Positions 18,224-27,709 of a stretch of DNA of 48,254 nucleotides are shown piece after piece. The translations under genes and the position numbers were made by a program. Each line of letters begins with the position of its first letter. The stretch's first letter is position 1. The stretch comes from an uncultured Bacteroidales bacterium. GTDB taxonomy: Bacteria; Bacteroidota; Bacteroidia; Bacteroidales; JALTDM01. The notes beneath the pieces are model-generated. The model saw only the letters and a program-made list of their open reading frames with translations. It did not search any database and was not told the DNA's origin. The stretch covers positions 1 through 48,254 of the forward strand of contig CAYMVE010000002.1 of NCBI GenBank assembly GCA_964393715.1, read 5' to 3'.

Positions 18224-18297
18224 TAGCGAGGGACGGGCTTGAACCGTCGACCTCATGATTATGAATCATGCGCTCTAACCAGCTGAGCTACCTCGCC
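18224..18297 (-). tRNA. tRNA with CAT anticodon (elongator Met or Ile2; not initiator)
   Basis: The 74-nt cloverleaf was folded by hand: acceptor GGCGAGG/CCTCGCT, D arm GCTC/GAGC, anticodon arm CATGA-TTCATAA-TCATG, T arm GACGG-TTCAAGC-CCGTC. There is no GGG/CCC run in the anticodon stem, and CCA is not encoded. Position 1:72 is a G-U pair. Confidence 0.9.
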
Positions 18298-18335
18298 ATC
18301 AAACAGTCTAATGAACTTTTTGAAAATTCGGTGTG

Positions 18336-18343
18336 CAAATATA
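18336..18343 (-). promoter_or_regulatory. Candidate -7 box (TATATTTG on the minus strand) for the tRNA
   Basis: Exact TAnnTTTG, 38 nt upstream of the mature tRNA 5' end. Confidence 0.4.
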
Positions 18344-18416
18344 CAACATTTTTCTTTTGAAATAAGCAATCGTTTTCTAAAAATTTATCTTCCAATATAA
18401 TTAGTCTTCCAATCTC

Positions 18417-19634
18417 TTAACCCTCTTTATTGAACTTTCCGGTTCTGGTTTTTGTATTTTTCACTCTTTCCATAAAATCGGAAAGCACATTCATATAATT
18501 CATATAAGCCTGATACGGAGTATCATAGGGATTAAAATACTTATGCACATCCCCGTCGCTGAACCATTTGGTACACATGTAATAGAAGTGGTCGCTGGTT
18601 TGCAAATACAGCCAATCCTTTTGTATTCCATCATCTTTAATAGCCTTTACGGCATTTATCAACGAATACAATTTCTGGAAAGCATCGTCCTGCAAATCAT
18701 TTCCCAACCATGCGGTAAGGTCTCTTTCTTCGTCTGCCCACGATATCGGATGCGGCACATTATATCCGCCTACAGGATCAAAAGTATTCACCACCTCGGA
18801 AGGTGTCATAAACTTGTAATCCGTTTCTCTGAAAACCACTCCCGGCAAGGCTCTCATAAAATCAAAAATGCCGGTTTCCGCCCATTGGTGCTCTCCGAAA
18901 GTCTCGTAATCCATAAACAAGTTGATTATCTTTTCTTCTTCGGGAATAGCTTTTAGCCAACTCACATACTTTTCCGCCGTCAATGGCCATTCGCTCCATG
19001 CTCTATTGGAAAACCTGAAAGCGATATCGTCACTCAACCTGAAATTTTTCAACAATAACTTCAGCTTGGGATTTAATACATTCTGATAAAGATAATTCGG
19101 ACTTTTCCACCCCAAAGTATGTTTGGCTCCTTCGGTTAGCTGGGCAATAAAGCCCATATCTGCCACCATCCGACCGATTTCGTTGGAGTATATTAGTTCG
19201 GTATTCCTAAATACCTTGGGAGTAACTCCAAATAAAGACCTTATTTTCTCCTTATGAAGTTTGACTTGCCTCCTAAATTCTTTTTCGCTTACCAAAGAAA
19301 CCAACGAGTGAGGATAAGTTTCGCTCAACAATTCCACATTACCGGTATTTACAAGTCTCTTAAAACTATCCAACACATCGGGAGCATATTCTTCGAATTG
19401 ATCCAGTGCCGTTCCGGAAATAGAAAAAGATACTTTAAAGTTGTCTCCGTATTCTTTTATCAGGTCGTACAACAATTGATTGGTTGGCAAATAACACTTT
19501 TCCGCCACCTTGCGCATAATGGATTTGTTGGAAAAGTCGTCATAATAATAATGGTTCTCTCCAATGTCAAAAAAACGGTACCTGCGTAACCTGTAAGGTT
19601 GGTGTACTTGGAAGTAAAAACAAATTGCTTTCAT
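18417..19634 (-). CDS. Glycoside hydrolase family 57 (alpha-amylase / branching-enzyme-like)
   Basis: N-terminus ICFYFQVHQPYRLRRY, plus the DYETFGEH motif typical of GH57. ATG at 19634; a -7 box lies inside the longer ORF-track extension. Confidence 0.88.
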   Translation of the reverse strand: MKAICFYFQVHQPYRLRRYRFFDIGENHYYYDDFSNKSIMRKVAEKCYLPTNQLLYDLIKEYGDNFKVSFSISGTALDQFEEYAPDVLDSFKRLVNTGNVELLSETYPHSLVSLVSEKEFRRQVKLHKEKIRSLFGVTPKVFRNTELIYSNEIGRMVADMGFIAQLTEGAKHTLGWKSPNYLYQNVLNPKLKLLLKNFRLSDDIAFRFSNRAWSEWPLTAEKYVSWLKAIPEEEKIINLFMDYETFGEHQWAETGIFDFMRALPGVVFRETDYKFMTPSEVVNTFDPVGGYNVPHPISWADEERDLTAWLGNDLQDDAFQKLYSLINAVKAIKDDGIQKDWLYLQTSDHFYYMCTKWFSDGDVHKYFNPYDTPYQAYMNYMNVLSDFMERVKNTKTRTGKFNKEG

Positions 19635-19650
19635 ATCAAATCCTTTTTTG

Positions 19651-19658
19651 CAAAAGTA
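19651..19658 (-). promoter_or_regulatory. Candidate -7 box (TACTTTTG on the minus strand) for the GH57 gene
   Basis: Exact TAnnTTTG, 16 nt upstream of the ATG at 19634. Confidence 0.45.
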
Positions 19659-19860
19659 AGTTATTTTACAATGATAGTAAAAAGATAACAAGAAAAGTTC
19701 TTATTCTAAAAAACAATAAAGCATTCCAACCAAACGCTTGGGAGCTTAAAACACTTAACAACAAACACATCACAAACCACCCAAGATTGAAAAACTATTG
19801 ACAAACAAGAACATAAACAAATCAAAACCAACAACCTCGTATTGAAAATTAAAGGATATT

Positions 19861-19893
19861 TTTGCCCAACAAACATATTTCCTTGTATTTTTG
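19861..19893 (+). promoter_or_regulatory. Bipartite Bacteroidota promoter (TTTG, 21-nt spacer, TATTTTTG)
   Basis: -33 TTTG at 19861-19864 and -7 TATTTTTG at 19886-19893, 18 nt upstream of the ATG at 19912. Confidence 0.55.
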
Positions 19894-19911
19894 TAATTAA
19901 AATTTTCAGAT

Positions 19912-21372
19912 ATGAAACAAACCGCATTGGAAACCTATTTCGATCGTTTCAGAAAAAACATTGTAGGAATAGATGCCGAATTTGAAACTCCTTTTGGTCG
20001 TAAGCAATTGATTTATACCGACTGGATAGCAAGCGGAAGACTATACAAACCCATCGAAGAAAAATTAAGCAACCAGTTAGGACCTTTTTTGGGTAATCCG
20101 CATACCGATTCCAATATTTCCTCTTCTTATACCACCGAGATGTACGAAGAAGCCCGGCAAATCATAAAAAAGCATGTAAACGCCAATGAAGAAGATGTCC
20201 TGATAGCGGCAGGTTACGGGATGACTGCGGCCATAAACAAACTTCAACGGATTTTGGGCATGCGCGTAAACAACTACCGTTACTTTTCGCCTAATTATAA
20301 ACTCAAAGACAAACCGGTAGTATTTATAACCGGAATGGAACACCATTCCAACCAAATATCCTGGCTTACTACGGTCGCCGATGTGGTACGGATAAACTTT
20401 GACGATAATTTTGAAATTGATCACGAAGACTTGGAACATAAATTGGAACGCTACAAAGACAGAAGGCTAAAAATCGGTTCGTTTACGGCTGCATCAAATG
20501 TAACGGGAATCAAAACGGATGTGCACCAATTGGCGGAAATTATGCACCGGCACGGCGGATATTGTTTTATCGATTATGCGGCGGGAGCCCCTTATTTGGA
20601 AATAAACATGCACCCGGACAAGGAAACGCAACGGCTTGATGCCATCTTTTTTTCGCCCCACAAATTTTTGGGCGGTCCGGGCTCCAATGGTATCCTTATT
20701 ATGTCAAAACACTTGTATCACAATATGATTCCCGACAATCCCGGAGGAGGTACCGTAACATGGACCAACCCTTGGGGTGGTTACCGTTTTTTCGAAGACA
20801 TTGAACTACGGGAAGACGGCGGAACCCCCGGATTTATGCAAATGATAAAAGCCGCTTTAGCTATCCGCTTGAAAGAAGAAATGGGCGTAAAAAACATAGA
20901 AAAGCGTGAACAGGAAATCATCAATTATCTTTTTGGTAATCTGTCCGGTATAAAAGGGCTAAACATACTCTTGGCCGGCAAACGGAACCGGATAGGAGCC
21001 ATCTCGTTTAACATAGACGGCATTCATTATAATCTGGTAACCAAAGTCCTGAACGACAAATATGGAATTCAAGTACGCGGCGGATGTGCATGTGCCGGTA
21101 CTTACGGACATTTGCTTTTCAATATAGGGCCGCAAGTTTCCAAACAAATAACCGAAAAAATCGATGAGCATGACCTTTCGGTCAAACCGGGATTTGTCCG
21201 TCTTTCTATTCATCCTACCACTACGGCAGCAGAAATAGATACGGTCATCGAAGCCCTCAAAGATATAGCGGCCAACAAGGAAGAATATAAAAAAATGTAC
21301 CGGTACGACAAAAATAAAAATGAGTTTTATCACAAAGAGTTTCAATTAAACCATATATCTTTGTTTGAATAA
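19912..21372 (+). CDS. Class V PLP-dependent aminotransferase / cysteine-desulfurase-like enzyme
   Basis: HHSN motif and PLP-lysine motif SPHKFLGGPG. 486 aa. Confidence 0.85.
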   Translation: MKQTALETYFDRFRKNIVGIDAEFETPFGRKQLIYTDWIASGRLYKPIEEKLSNQLGPFLGNPHTDSNISSSYTTEMYEEARQIIKKHVNANEEDVLIAAGYGMTAAINKLQRILGMRVNNYRYFSPNYKLKDKPVVFITGMEHHSNQISWLTTVADVVRINFDDNFEIDHEDLEHKLERYKDRRLKIGSFTAASNVTGIKTDVHQLAEIMHRHGGYCFIDYAAGAPYLEINMHPDKETQRLDAIFFSPHKFLGGPGSNGILIMSKHLYHNMIPDNPGGGTVTWTNPWGGYRFFEDIELREDGGTPGFMQMIKAALAIRLKEEMGVKNIEKREQEIINYLFGNLSGIKGLNILLAGKRNRIGAISFNIDGIHYNLVTKVLNDKYGIQVRGGCACAGTYGHLLFNIGPQVSKQITEKIDEHDLSVKPGFVRLSIHPTTTAAEIDTVIEALKDIAANKEEYKKMYRYDKNKNEFYHKEFQLNHISLFE

Positions 21373-21403
21373 AAAATTGTTTAACCTTAAAAAATCGATA
21401 AAT

Positions 21404-23035
21404 ATGCCAAAAGGATTTTTCAAAGTTCCGGTAGCAAAAAACGAACCGGTTTATAGTTACGCACCGGGCACAAAAGAAAGAGAATTGCTGAAAAAAGCCA
21501 TTGACGAAGTGCATGCCCAAGAAGTTGACATCCCGATGATAATCGGCGGAAAAGAAGTCAGAACCGACAAAAAAATAGAAATTCGTCCACCACACAACCT
21601 AAAAAAAGTAATAGGACATTACTACCAAGGTGGAGAAAAGGAAGTGGAAGATGCCATTAACGCCGCTTTGGCAGCCAAAGAAAAATGGGCAGCCATGAGT
21701 TGGGAACAAAGGGCTTCCATATTCCTGAAAATGGCCGACCTGATTTCCGGACCGTATCGTTACAAAATCAATGCTGCCACTATGGTAGGTCAATCCAAAA
21801 ATCCTTTTCAGGCGGAAATTGATTCTGCCTGTGAATTGGCCGACTTTTTCCGTTTCAATGTACAATACATGACGGAAATTTATCATGGTCAGCCGGAATC
21901 ATCACCAACGACATGGAACAGAGTGGAATACCGTCCATTGGAAGGATTTGTCTTTGCTCTTACACCGTTTAACTTTACCTCTATTGCAGGAAATTTGCCC
22001 ACAGCACCTGCATTGATGGGCAATGTAGTGGTATGGAAACCATCCAAAACCGCCATATATTCAGCCAATGTGTTAATGGAAATATTCCGTGAAGCCGGAT
22101 TACCCGACGGAGTAATCAATATGGTATTTACCAGCGGCCCCACAGCAGCCAAAGTAATATTTTCACATAAAGATTTTGCCGGATTCCACTTTACAGGCTC
22201 CACCGCTGTATTCCAAAGTGTATGGCAAATAATTGGCAAGAACATTAAAAATTACCGTTCTTATCCGCGTATCGTTGGAGAAACCGGCGGCAAAGATTAT
22301 GTATTTGTCCACAATAGTGCTGATGTTGATGAAGTGGTAACCGCCTTGGTAAGAGGAGCTTTTGAATATCAAGGACAAAAATGTTCCGCTGCATCCAGAG
22401 CTTATATTCCAGCAAGTCTCTGGCCCGCTATCAAAGACAAACTGGTAGCTACCACCGAAAGTCTTAAAATGGGACCGCCCGAAGATTTTACCAATTTTAT
22501 CAATGCGGTTATCGACGAAGCTTCTTTCGACAAACTGGTTTCTTACATAGAAAGGGCCAAAAAAGATAGCGATGCGGAAATTATTGCAGGAGGCACTTAT
22601 GATAAGTCCGAAGGATATTACATCAGACCCACAATTATTTTGACCTCCAATCCGCATTATGTAACCATGGAAGAAGAATTGTTCGGTCCTGTTCTTACCA
22701 TCTATGTATATGACGATGACAAATTGGACGAAACATTGGACGAACTGGATAATACATCCATTTACGCACTTACCGGAGCTATATTCGCCAAAGACCGGTA
22801 TATGATTGATTATTTGACGCAACGCCTTGAAAATACAGCAGGCAACTTCTATATCAACGACAAGCCGACCGGTGCCATAGTAGGGCAACAACCTTTTGGC
22901 GGCGCAAGAGGTTCCGGAACCAACGACAAAGCCGGTTCTTATTTGAACTTGATTCGTTGGGTGTCCGTAAGAACCATCAAAGAAAACTTCTTGCCCCCCA
23001 AAGATTACAGGTATCCGTTTTTAGACGAAGAATAA
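21404..23035 (+). CDS. pruA: L-glutamate gamma-semialdehyde (1-pyrroline-5-carboxylate) dehydrogenase
   Basis: Aldehyde dehydrogenase catalytic motifs (ETGGKD and GQKCSA). N-terminus MPKGFFKVPVAKNEP is typical of long PruA/RocA. ATG at 21404; the ORF-track start is a TTG. Confidence 0.92.
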   Translation: MPKGFFKVPVAKNEPVYSYAPGTKERELLKKAIDEVHAQEVDIPMIIGGKEVRTDKKIEIRPPHNLKKVIGHYYQGGEKEVEDAINAALAAKEKWAAMSWEQRASIFLKMADLISGPYRYKINAATMVGQSKNPFQAEIDSACELADFFRFNVQYMTEIYHGQPESSPTTWNRVEYRPLEGFVFALTPFNFTSIAGNLPTAPALMGNVVVWKPSKTAIYSANVLMEIFREAGLPDGVINMVFTSGPTAAKVIFSHKDFAGFHFTGSTAVFQSVWQIIGKNIKNYRSYPRIVGETGGKDYVFVHNSADVDEVVTALVRGAFEYQGQKCSAASRAYIPASLWPAIKDKLVATTESLKMGPPEDFTNFINAVIDEASFDKLVSYIERAKKDSDAEIIAGGTYDKSEGYYIRPTIILTSNPHYVTMEEELFGPVLTIYVYDDDKLDETLDELDNTSIYALTGAIFAKDRYMIDYLTQRLENTAGNFYINDKPTGAIVGQQPFGGARGSGTNDKAGSYLNLIRWVSVRTIKENFLPPKDYRYPFLDEE

Positions 23036-23048
23036 TACGGAATCACAA

Positions 23049-23083
23049 AGCCATCGGAATAATTTCCGGTGGCTTTTTCTTTC
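23049..23083 (+). terminator. Rho-independent terminator after pruA
   Basis: 11-bp stem AGCCATCGGAA / TTCCGGTGGCT (one G-U pair), loop TAAT, followed by TTTTCTTT. Confidence 0.8.
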
Positions 23084-23162
23084 ATCCTCCTCCCCTATTT
23101 ACACTAATTCTTTCATTTTTACGCAACTGTTTTTATTAAAAAGAGTTTCATTTAAAGAAAAA

Positions 23163-23194
23163 TTTGACATTATTACCAAATTAGACTAATTTTG
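23163..23194 (+). promoter_or_regulatory. Bipartite Bacteroidota promoter (TTTG, 20-nt spacer, TAATTTTG) for the adhesin gene
   Basis: -33 TTTG at 23163-23166 and -7 at 23187-23194, 17 nt upstream of the ATG at 23212. Confidence 0.6.
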
Positions 23195-23211
23195 TATAAA
23201 AATCAAAAGCT

Positions 23212-26200
23212 ATGAAAAGGGTATTCTTCGTTGTAATCATGTTTTTATCTTTCTGGCAACTCCGGGCAGGTAGTCCCGAAACGAAAGCAGTAGTAAAGTG
23301 GAACAAAAAAATAAACTTTGCCGCCTTTGTCGAAAACAAAGGACAGATAAAGGTTTTGAAAGATGAAAATATCTTGTTTCATCTCACCGGAACCGGGAAA
23401 GAGGTCTTTTTTACCCGGGACGGTTTTTTTATTGAATCCGACACTTTGGTGGCATCCGAGCCACCGGCTTCTTATGAATCCGAAAAGGATGCCATAGAAG
23501 AAACCAGAGAGAATGCCGAACTGAAAAAATATTTTGTAAAAGCCCTTTTCGTAAATATCAATCCGGATGTAAAACTGCTACCCTCAGAAAAAGTACCGTG
23601 GTATTTTACCTACGGTTTGGAACCCGGACAATTTAACGGATACAAAACAATACTGTATAAAGATGCCTATCCTAATATAGACATCCTTTTTTATGTACCC
23701 GCTTCTGACAGCTCGGGATTTAAGTACAAAATTATTTTGCATCCCGGAGCTAATCTGGAGCAAGTTAAAATCCGATATAGCCGAGACCTTAGGAAAATAG
23801 AACTTCATAACGGAGATTTACTGCTACATTTGGAAGATGGTAGCATTATTAGAGACCATGCTCCTTCATCTTGTTATTTGTCTGACGGCACTCCCATTGA
23901 AGTGCATTTCAAGCTTTCAGGCAATACCGTATCTTTCGAAAGTAGTATTACCACATTTGCGCAAAATGCGGTAATAGACCCGTGGGTAGATTCCGGCAAC
24001 GAACATTATGCTTTTGAAGCCGATTACGATTACGACGGAAATGTGTACATATATGATGACAATGGCGGTACAGACAGAGTGCTGAAATTCTCACCGGGAG
24101 GTTCTTTGTTGTGGGTACATAACATTTCGGCACTCTCTACTTCTTATGAAGGCAACTTGATGGTGGACCGGAATATGCAAAAAATTTACATCTCGGAAGG
24201 TTTCCGGTCAAGTGGTGCACGTACCTACCGCATCAACTTCAACGGAAATTCGGACGGTTTTATGTCCAATTCCAACGGTTCTTTTCGTGAAATGTGGGTG
24301 CTGGCATTCGATTGCGGTAGCGGACGAGTGATGGGCTTTGGAGGCGGTACCAACTCCAATTTGAACGGCGGACTTATCGACCCGAACTCCGGCAGTGTGC
24401 AATTGGCCAACTTTACAGGATTAGGAAGTACGGATCAAGATATTGTGGATGTAGTTACCGATAACTTTGGAAACCTCTTCTGTGTATATGCTTATGCCAG
24501 CGGATATTGCAACCACTACTTGCTCAAAGTAAATTCCTCCATGAACGGACACGATTGGATGATTGTACACAGCTTGGGAGCTTTTGGAGAGTGCTCCAAC
24601 CACCCACCTCAATTTAATTGTTGGAGTTCCGGTAACCAATTTAATGCCCTTGCCGTAAACGATGATTATTTGTATCTTTACACAGGAGCTAAAATAGGTG
24701 TTTACGACAAGACATCCGGAGCGGAACTAAATGTGGTTTCTACGGGATTTTCCGCCAAACAGGTAGGAGGTATTGCCGTAGATGATTGCAACAACATTTA
24801 TGTAGGAGGTAATGGAAATGTACTGGTATATCACTTTGACGGTTCTACTATATCCGGTCCCATAGACAATATCAGCGTCGGTTCCGGAGAAATCTATGAT
24901 GTTACCTACGACAAAAACTATAACCTTTTGTATATAGCAGCACATGGATATACAGCCGTAATTAGCGCAACACACAGCGTTACATGTAGTTCCAACACAT
25001 TTTCCGTAGATAATGATTTTTTCTGCACGGGAAATGGACAAGTAAATGTAGTCTCTACTGTCAATACCACTATGTTGAATCCACTCATAAACTACACATG
25101 GTTAGATCAAAACAACAATGTTATTCAGCAATCGGGTGATACTTACGAATTGTCAGATACACTATTTAATATCGGATTCGGGAACATTTACCGTATCAAA
25201 GTACAACTCAACCCTCCGTGTGGCCCCATTTTGTGGGATTCCATTATTATTCCGGCAGCTATCCTCGATACTATTTATCCCACTATGGTAAATTGTTATG
25301 GAGAAAATAGTGGAAGTGCATCTGTGGTTGTACAAGACGGTATAGGACCTTACTCTTACCAGTGGAGTAACGGAGATAATGATAGTATTGCCGAGTCTTT
25401 GGTAGCCGGCACTTACCATGTAACTATAAACGGAGGCTGTGGCCTATCAACAACGGACAGCATTACCATCACCCAACCTCCTGAATTGATAACAACCATT
25501 ACGGATTTCGATACGGTATTGTGTTTTGGAGACTCTAACGGTACTGCCACAGTCTCGGCACAAGGCGGTGTACCACCTTATACTTATTTGTGGGACGATG
25601 GCGAAACCAACAGTAATGCCGTCAATCTGGCTGCCGGCACCCACAGTATTACCGTAACGGATACACATGGATGCACCTCCGTATCAACCGTCAATATTCC
25701 GACACCTTCTCCACTAGCTATTGTATTGGATGATATAACCAATGTATCTTGTTATGGCCTGAGTAACGGAAGTATCCATATAACTCCGCATGGAGGAACG
25801 GCTCCCTATACTTACCAGTGGAGTAACGGTGTTACACTGGAAGATAATGACAGTATCCCGGCGAATACTTACTATGTAACTGTTTCGGATTACCATCAAT
25901 GTCAGGCAATCGACACTTTTGTCGTAACACAGCCCGATACGCTTGACAGTTACTTTACGGATGTGGAACCGGTATTGTGCTACGGAGACAATACAGGACA
26001 AGCACACTTGGTAGTTACCGGCGGAACCACCCCCTATTCTTATGTTTGGGACGACGGATATACCGAAATGAATAACGACTCGTTGTATGCAGGCGTTCAT
26101 ACCGTTACTGTTACGGATGCCCATGGATGTCAGAATATTGATACGGTTGAAATAACACAGCCGTTACCGTTATCGGCAACTATCGACTCCACCGTGGATG

Positions 26201-27663
26201 TGCTTTGTTTCGGAGGAAATGACGGTTATGCACAATGCGTAGCTACCGGAGGTGTTCCTCCTTACACTTATATGTGGGACAACGGAGCTACTTCCGAAAG
26301 TACCCATGTACTGGATGCCGGTTATCACGGAGTTACCGTAACGGATGCCAACGGGTGTACTTATAGTGTAAACACCAATATAGGACAACCGCCTTTGTTG
26401 GAAGTTAGCATGCCCTCTTCTTACGATGTGTGCCACGGACAATACCAAGATGTGGTATGTAGCGCAACCGGCGGCACACCGCCTTATACTTATTATTGGA
26501 ACGGAGAAGAAGGCGATTCCGTATTAACAATTCATCCCGATTATGATTATGATATTACTGCGGTAGTAGTAGATGCACACGGTTGTACGGACAGCGCCAC
26601 CACCCACATATTCGTTTCTACTCCTTTGGATATCACTCTGATTAGCAATAAAGACTCCGTTTGTCCGGGAGATCCGGTAATGTTTGCAGCATCGTTCTAC
26701 GGAGGTTCCGGAGAACCTTACACCATCATTTTAGACGGCGATACAATTGACGATTTACCTTACATAACCCATATCCGGGAAAGTCACTATGTAGTATTGG
26801 ATGTTACGGACAAATGCGGATCCGAAGACAAAGACAGCCTATTCATTTATGTATATCCTATTCCGCATCTTCAAATATTTTCCGATACTTTACGAGGTTG
26901 CTTACCATTAACTGTTAATTTCAATGTAGTAAGCGATACTTCTGCATGTGGGACCTACATTTGGAATTTCGGAGATAATGAAAATCTTTCTACAGCCGCT
27001 CATCCGGCTCATACCTATACACGAAGCGGAGTATTTGATGTTTGGGTGCAATGTACTACGGTAGATGGATGTAAAGCCGGCGATACCGTTCCGGAAATGA
27101 TAGAGGTATTTCCCAAACCTGATGCAGAATTTGTAATAAGTCCGAGAGTAGTTAATGTTTTGGAATCCGAGGTCCATTTTATAAATCAAAGTACCGACAA
27201 CCCACTGAATTTATGGAGTTTCGGAGATGGAGATTCTTCTTTGCTGGAATCACCTGTTCATAAATATCCGCAAATACCGGCACATTACCTAAGTCAGCTT
27301 ATTATTGAAAACGAATACGGCTGTAAAGATACGGCAGTAAAAGACATATATGTTGAAGATGTCTATACCTTTTGGGCTCCTACGGCATTTTCTCCGGACG
27401 GAGACGGTCAAAACGACTTTTTCTTTGTTCGAGGATACGGCATATCTCCGGACGACTTTGTATTGTACATTTATGACCGGTGGGGAGAAGTGATTAGTAC
27501 AATAACCGATTTTAACCCGCAAACACACAGCAGTGGCAAATGGGACGGTACCGTAAAAAATCATAAAAAAGGTGCCAATGGGGTATATAAATGGGTCTGC
27601 CAATTTAAAGATGTTTTTGGTAATGACCATACCGAAGCGGGAAATGTGCTACTCATAAGATAG
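23212..27663 (+). CDS. Large T9SS-secreted cell-surface adhesin: N-terminal beta-propeller-like region, SprB-type repeats, two PKD domains and a type B (gliding-motility-associated) C-terminal sorting domain
   Basis: Signal peptide. Repeated C-[YF]-G-x-x-[NSD]-G ... GG-x-x-PY-[ST]-Y-x-W units. PKD signatures WNFGDN and WSFGDGD. C-terminus FSPDGDGQNDFFFVRG ... VYKWVCQF ... GNVLLIR (nt 27361-27660). Confidence 0.9.
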   Translation: MKRVFFVVIMFLSFWQLRAGSPETKAVVKWNKKINFAAFVENKGQIKVLKDENILFHLTGTGKEVFFTRDGFFIESDTLVASEPPASYESEKDAIEETRENAELKKYFVKALFVNINPDVKLLPSEKVPWYFTYGLEPGQFNGYKTILYKDAYPNIDILFYVPASDSSGFKYKIILHPGANLEQVKIRYSRDLRKIELHNGDLLLHLEDGSIIRDHAPSSCYLSDGTPIEVHFKLSGNTVSFESSITTFAQNAVIDPWVDSGNEHYAFEADYDYDGNVYIYDDNGGTDRVLKFSPGGSLLWVHNISALSTSYEGNLMVDRNMQKIYISEGFRSSGARTYRINFNGNSDGFMSNSNGSFREMWVLAFDCGSGRVMGFGGGTNSNLNGGLIDPNSGSVQLANFTGLGSTDQDIVDVVTDNFGNLFCVYAYASGYCNHYLLKVNSSMNGHDWMIVHSLGAFGECSNHPPQFNCWSSGNQFNALAVNDDYLYLYTGAKIGVYDKTSGAELNVVSTGFSAKQVGGIAVDDCNNIYVGGNGNVLVYHFDGSTISGPIDNISVGSGEIYDVTYDKNYNLLYIAAHGYTAVISATHSVTCSSNTFSVDNDFFCTGNGQVNVVSTVNTTMLNPLINYTWLDQNNNVIQQSGDTYELSDTLFNIGFGNIYRIKVQLNPPCGPILWDSIIIPAAILDTIYPTMVNCYGENSGSASVVVQDGIGPYSYQWSNGDNDSIAESLVAGTYHVTINGGCGLSTTDSITITQPPELITTITDFDTVLCFGDSNGTATVSAQGGVPPYTYLWDDGETNSNAVNLAAGTHSITVTDTHGCTSVSTVNIPTPSPLAIVLDDITNVSCYGLSNGSIHITPHGGTAPYTYQWSNGVTLEDNDSIPANTYYVTVSDYHQCQAIDTFVVTQPDTLDSYFTDVEPVLCYGDNTGQAHLVVTGGTTPYSYVWDDGYTEMNNDSLYAGVHTVTVTDAHGCQNIDTVEITQPLPLSATIDSTVDVLCFGGNDGYAQCVATGGVPPYTYMWDNGATSESTHVLDAGYHGVTVTDANGCTYSVNTNIGQPPLLEVSMPSSYDVCHGQYQDVVCSATGGTPPYTYYWNGEEGDSVLTIHPDYDYDITAVVVDAHGCTDSATTHIFVSTPLDITLISNKDSVCPGDPVMFAASFYGGSGEPYTIILDGDTIDDLPYITHIRESHYVVLDVTDKCGSEDKDSLFIYVYPIPHLQIFSDTLRGCLPLTVNFNVVSDTSACGTYIWNFGDNENLSTAAHPAHTYTRSGVFDVWVQCTTVDGCKAGDTVPEMIEVFPKPDAEFVISPRVVNVLESEVHFINQSTDNPLNLWSFGDGDSSLLESPVHKYPQIPAHYLSQLIIENEYGCKDTAVKDIYVEDVYTFWAPTAFSPDGDGQNDFFFVRGYGISPDDFVLYIYDRWGEVISTITDFNPQTHSSGKWDGTVKNHKKGANGVYKWVCQFKDVFGNDHTEAGNVLLIR
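25267..26640 (+). repeat. Six tandem SprB-type repeats with a 228-nt (76-aa) period inside the adhesin CDS; a seventh, degenerate unit extends to about 26865
   Basis: The conserved Cys codons fall at aa 695, 771, 847, 923, 999, 1074 and 1151, giving spacings of 76, 76, 76, 76, 75 and 77 aa. Synonymous positions have diverged, so the repeats are old. Confidence 0.85.
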
Positions 27664-27681
27664 AGACTAAGAGAAATCTTT

Positions 27682-27689
27682 TACCTTTG
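27682..27689 (+). promoter_or_regulatory. Candidate -7 box (TACCTTTG) for the MATE gene
   Basis: Exact TAnnTTTG, 20 nt upstream of the ATG at 27710. Confidence 0.4.
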
Positions 27690-27709
27690 CCGCGTTATCG
27701 GAAGGTGAT

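Noticed and set aside
16491-18297. A genomic island integrated at the 3' end of the tRNA.
   Set aside because: There is no integrase, recombinase or mobility gene, and I found no duplicated copy of the tRNA 3' end in the window. Only three small membrane protein genes lie there.
23084-23211. An invertible (phase-variable) promoter upstream of the large adhesin gene, as seen for Bacteroides surface loci.
   Set aside because: No flanking inverted repeats were found, and the intergenic region is only 176 bp. A conventional terminator plus a fixed-orientation bipartite promoter explains the region.
25267-26865. The adhesin repeat array as a recently expanding or contingency (slippage-prone) locus, or as a DGR target.
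   Set aside because: The repeat units differ extensively at synonymous positions, so recombinational expansion is not recent. No reverse transcriptase or template repeat is present in the window.
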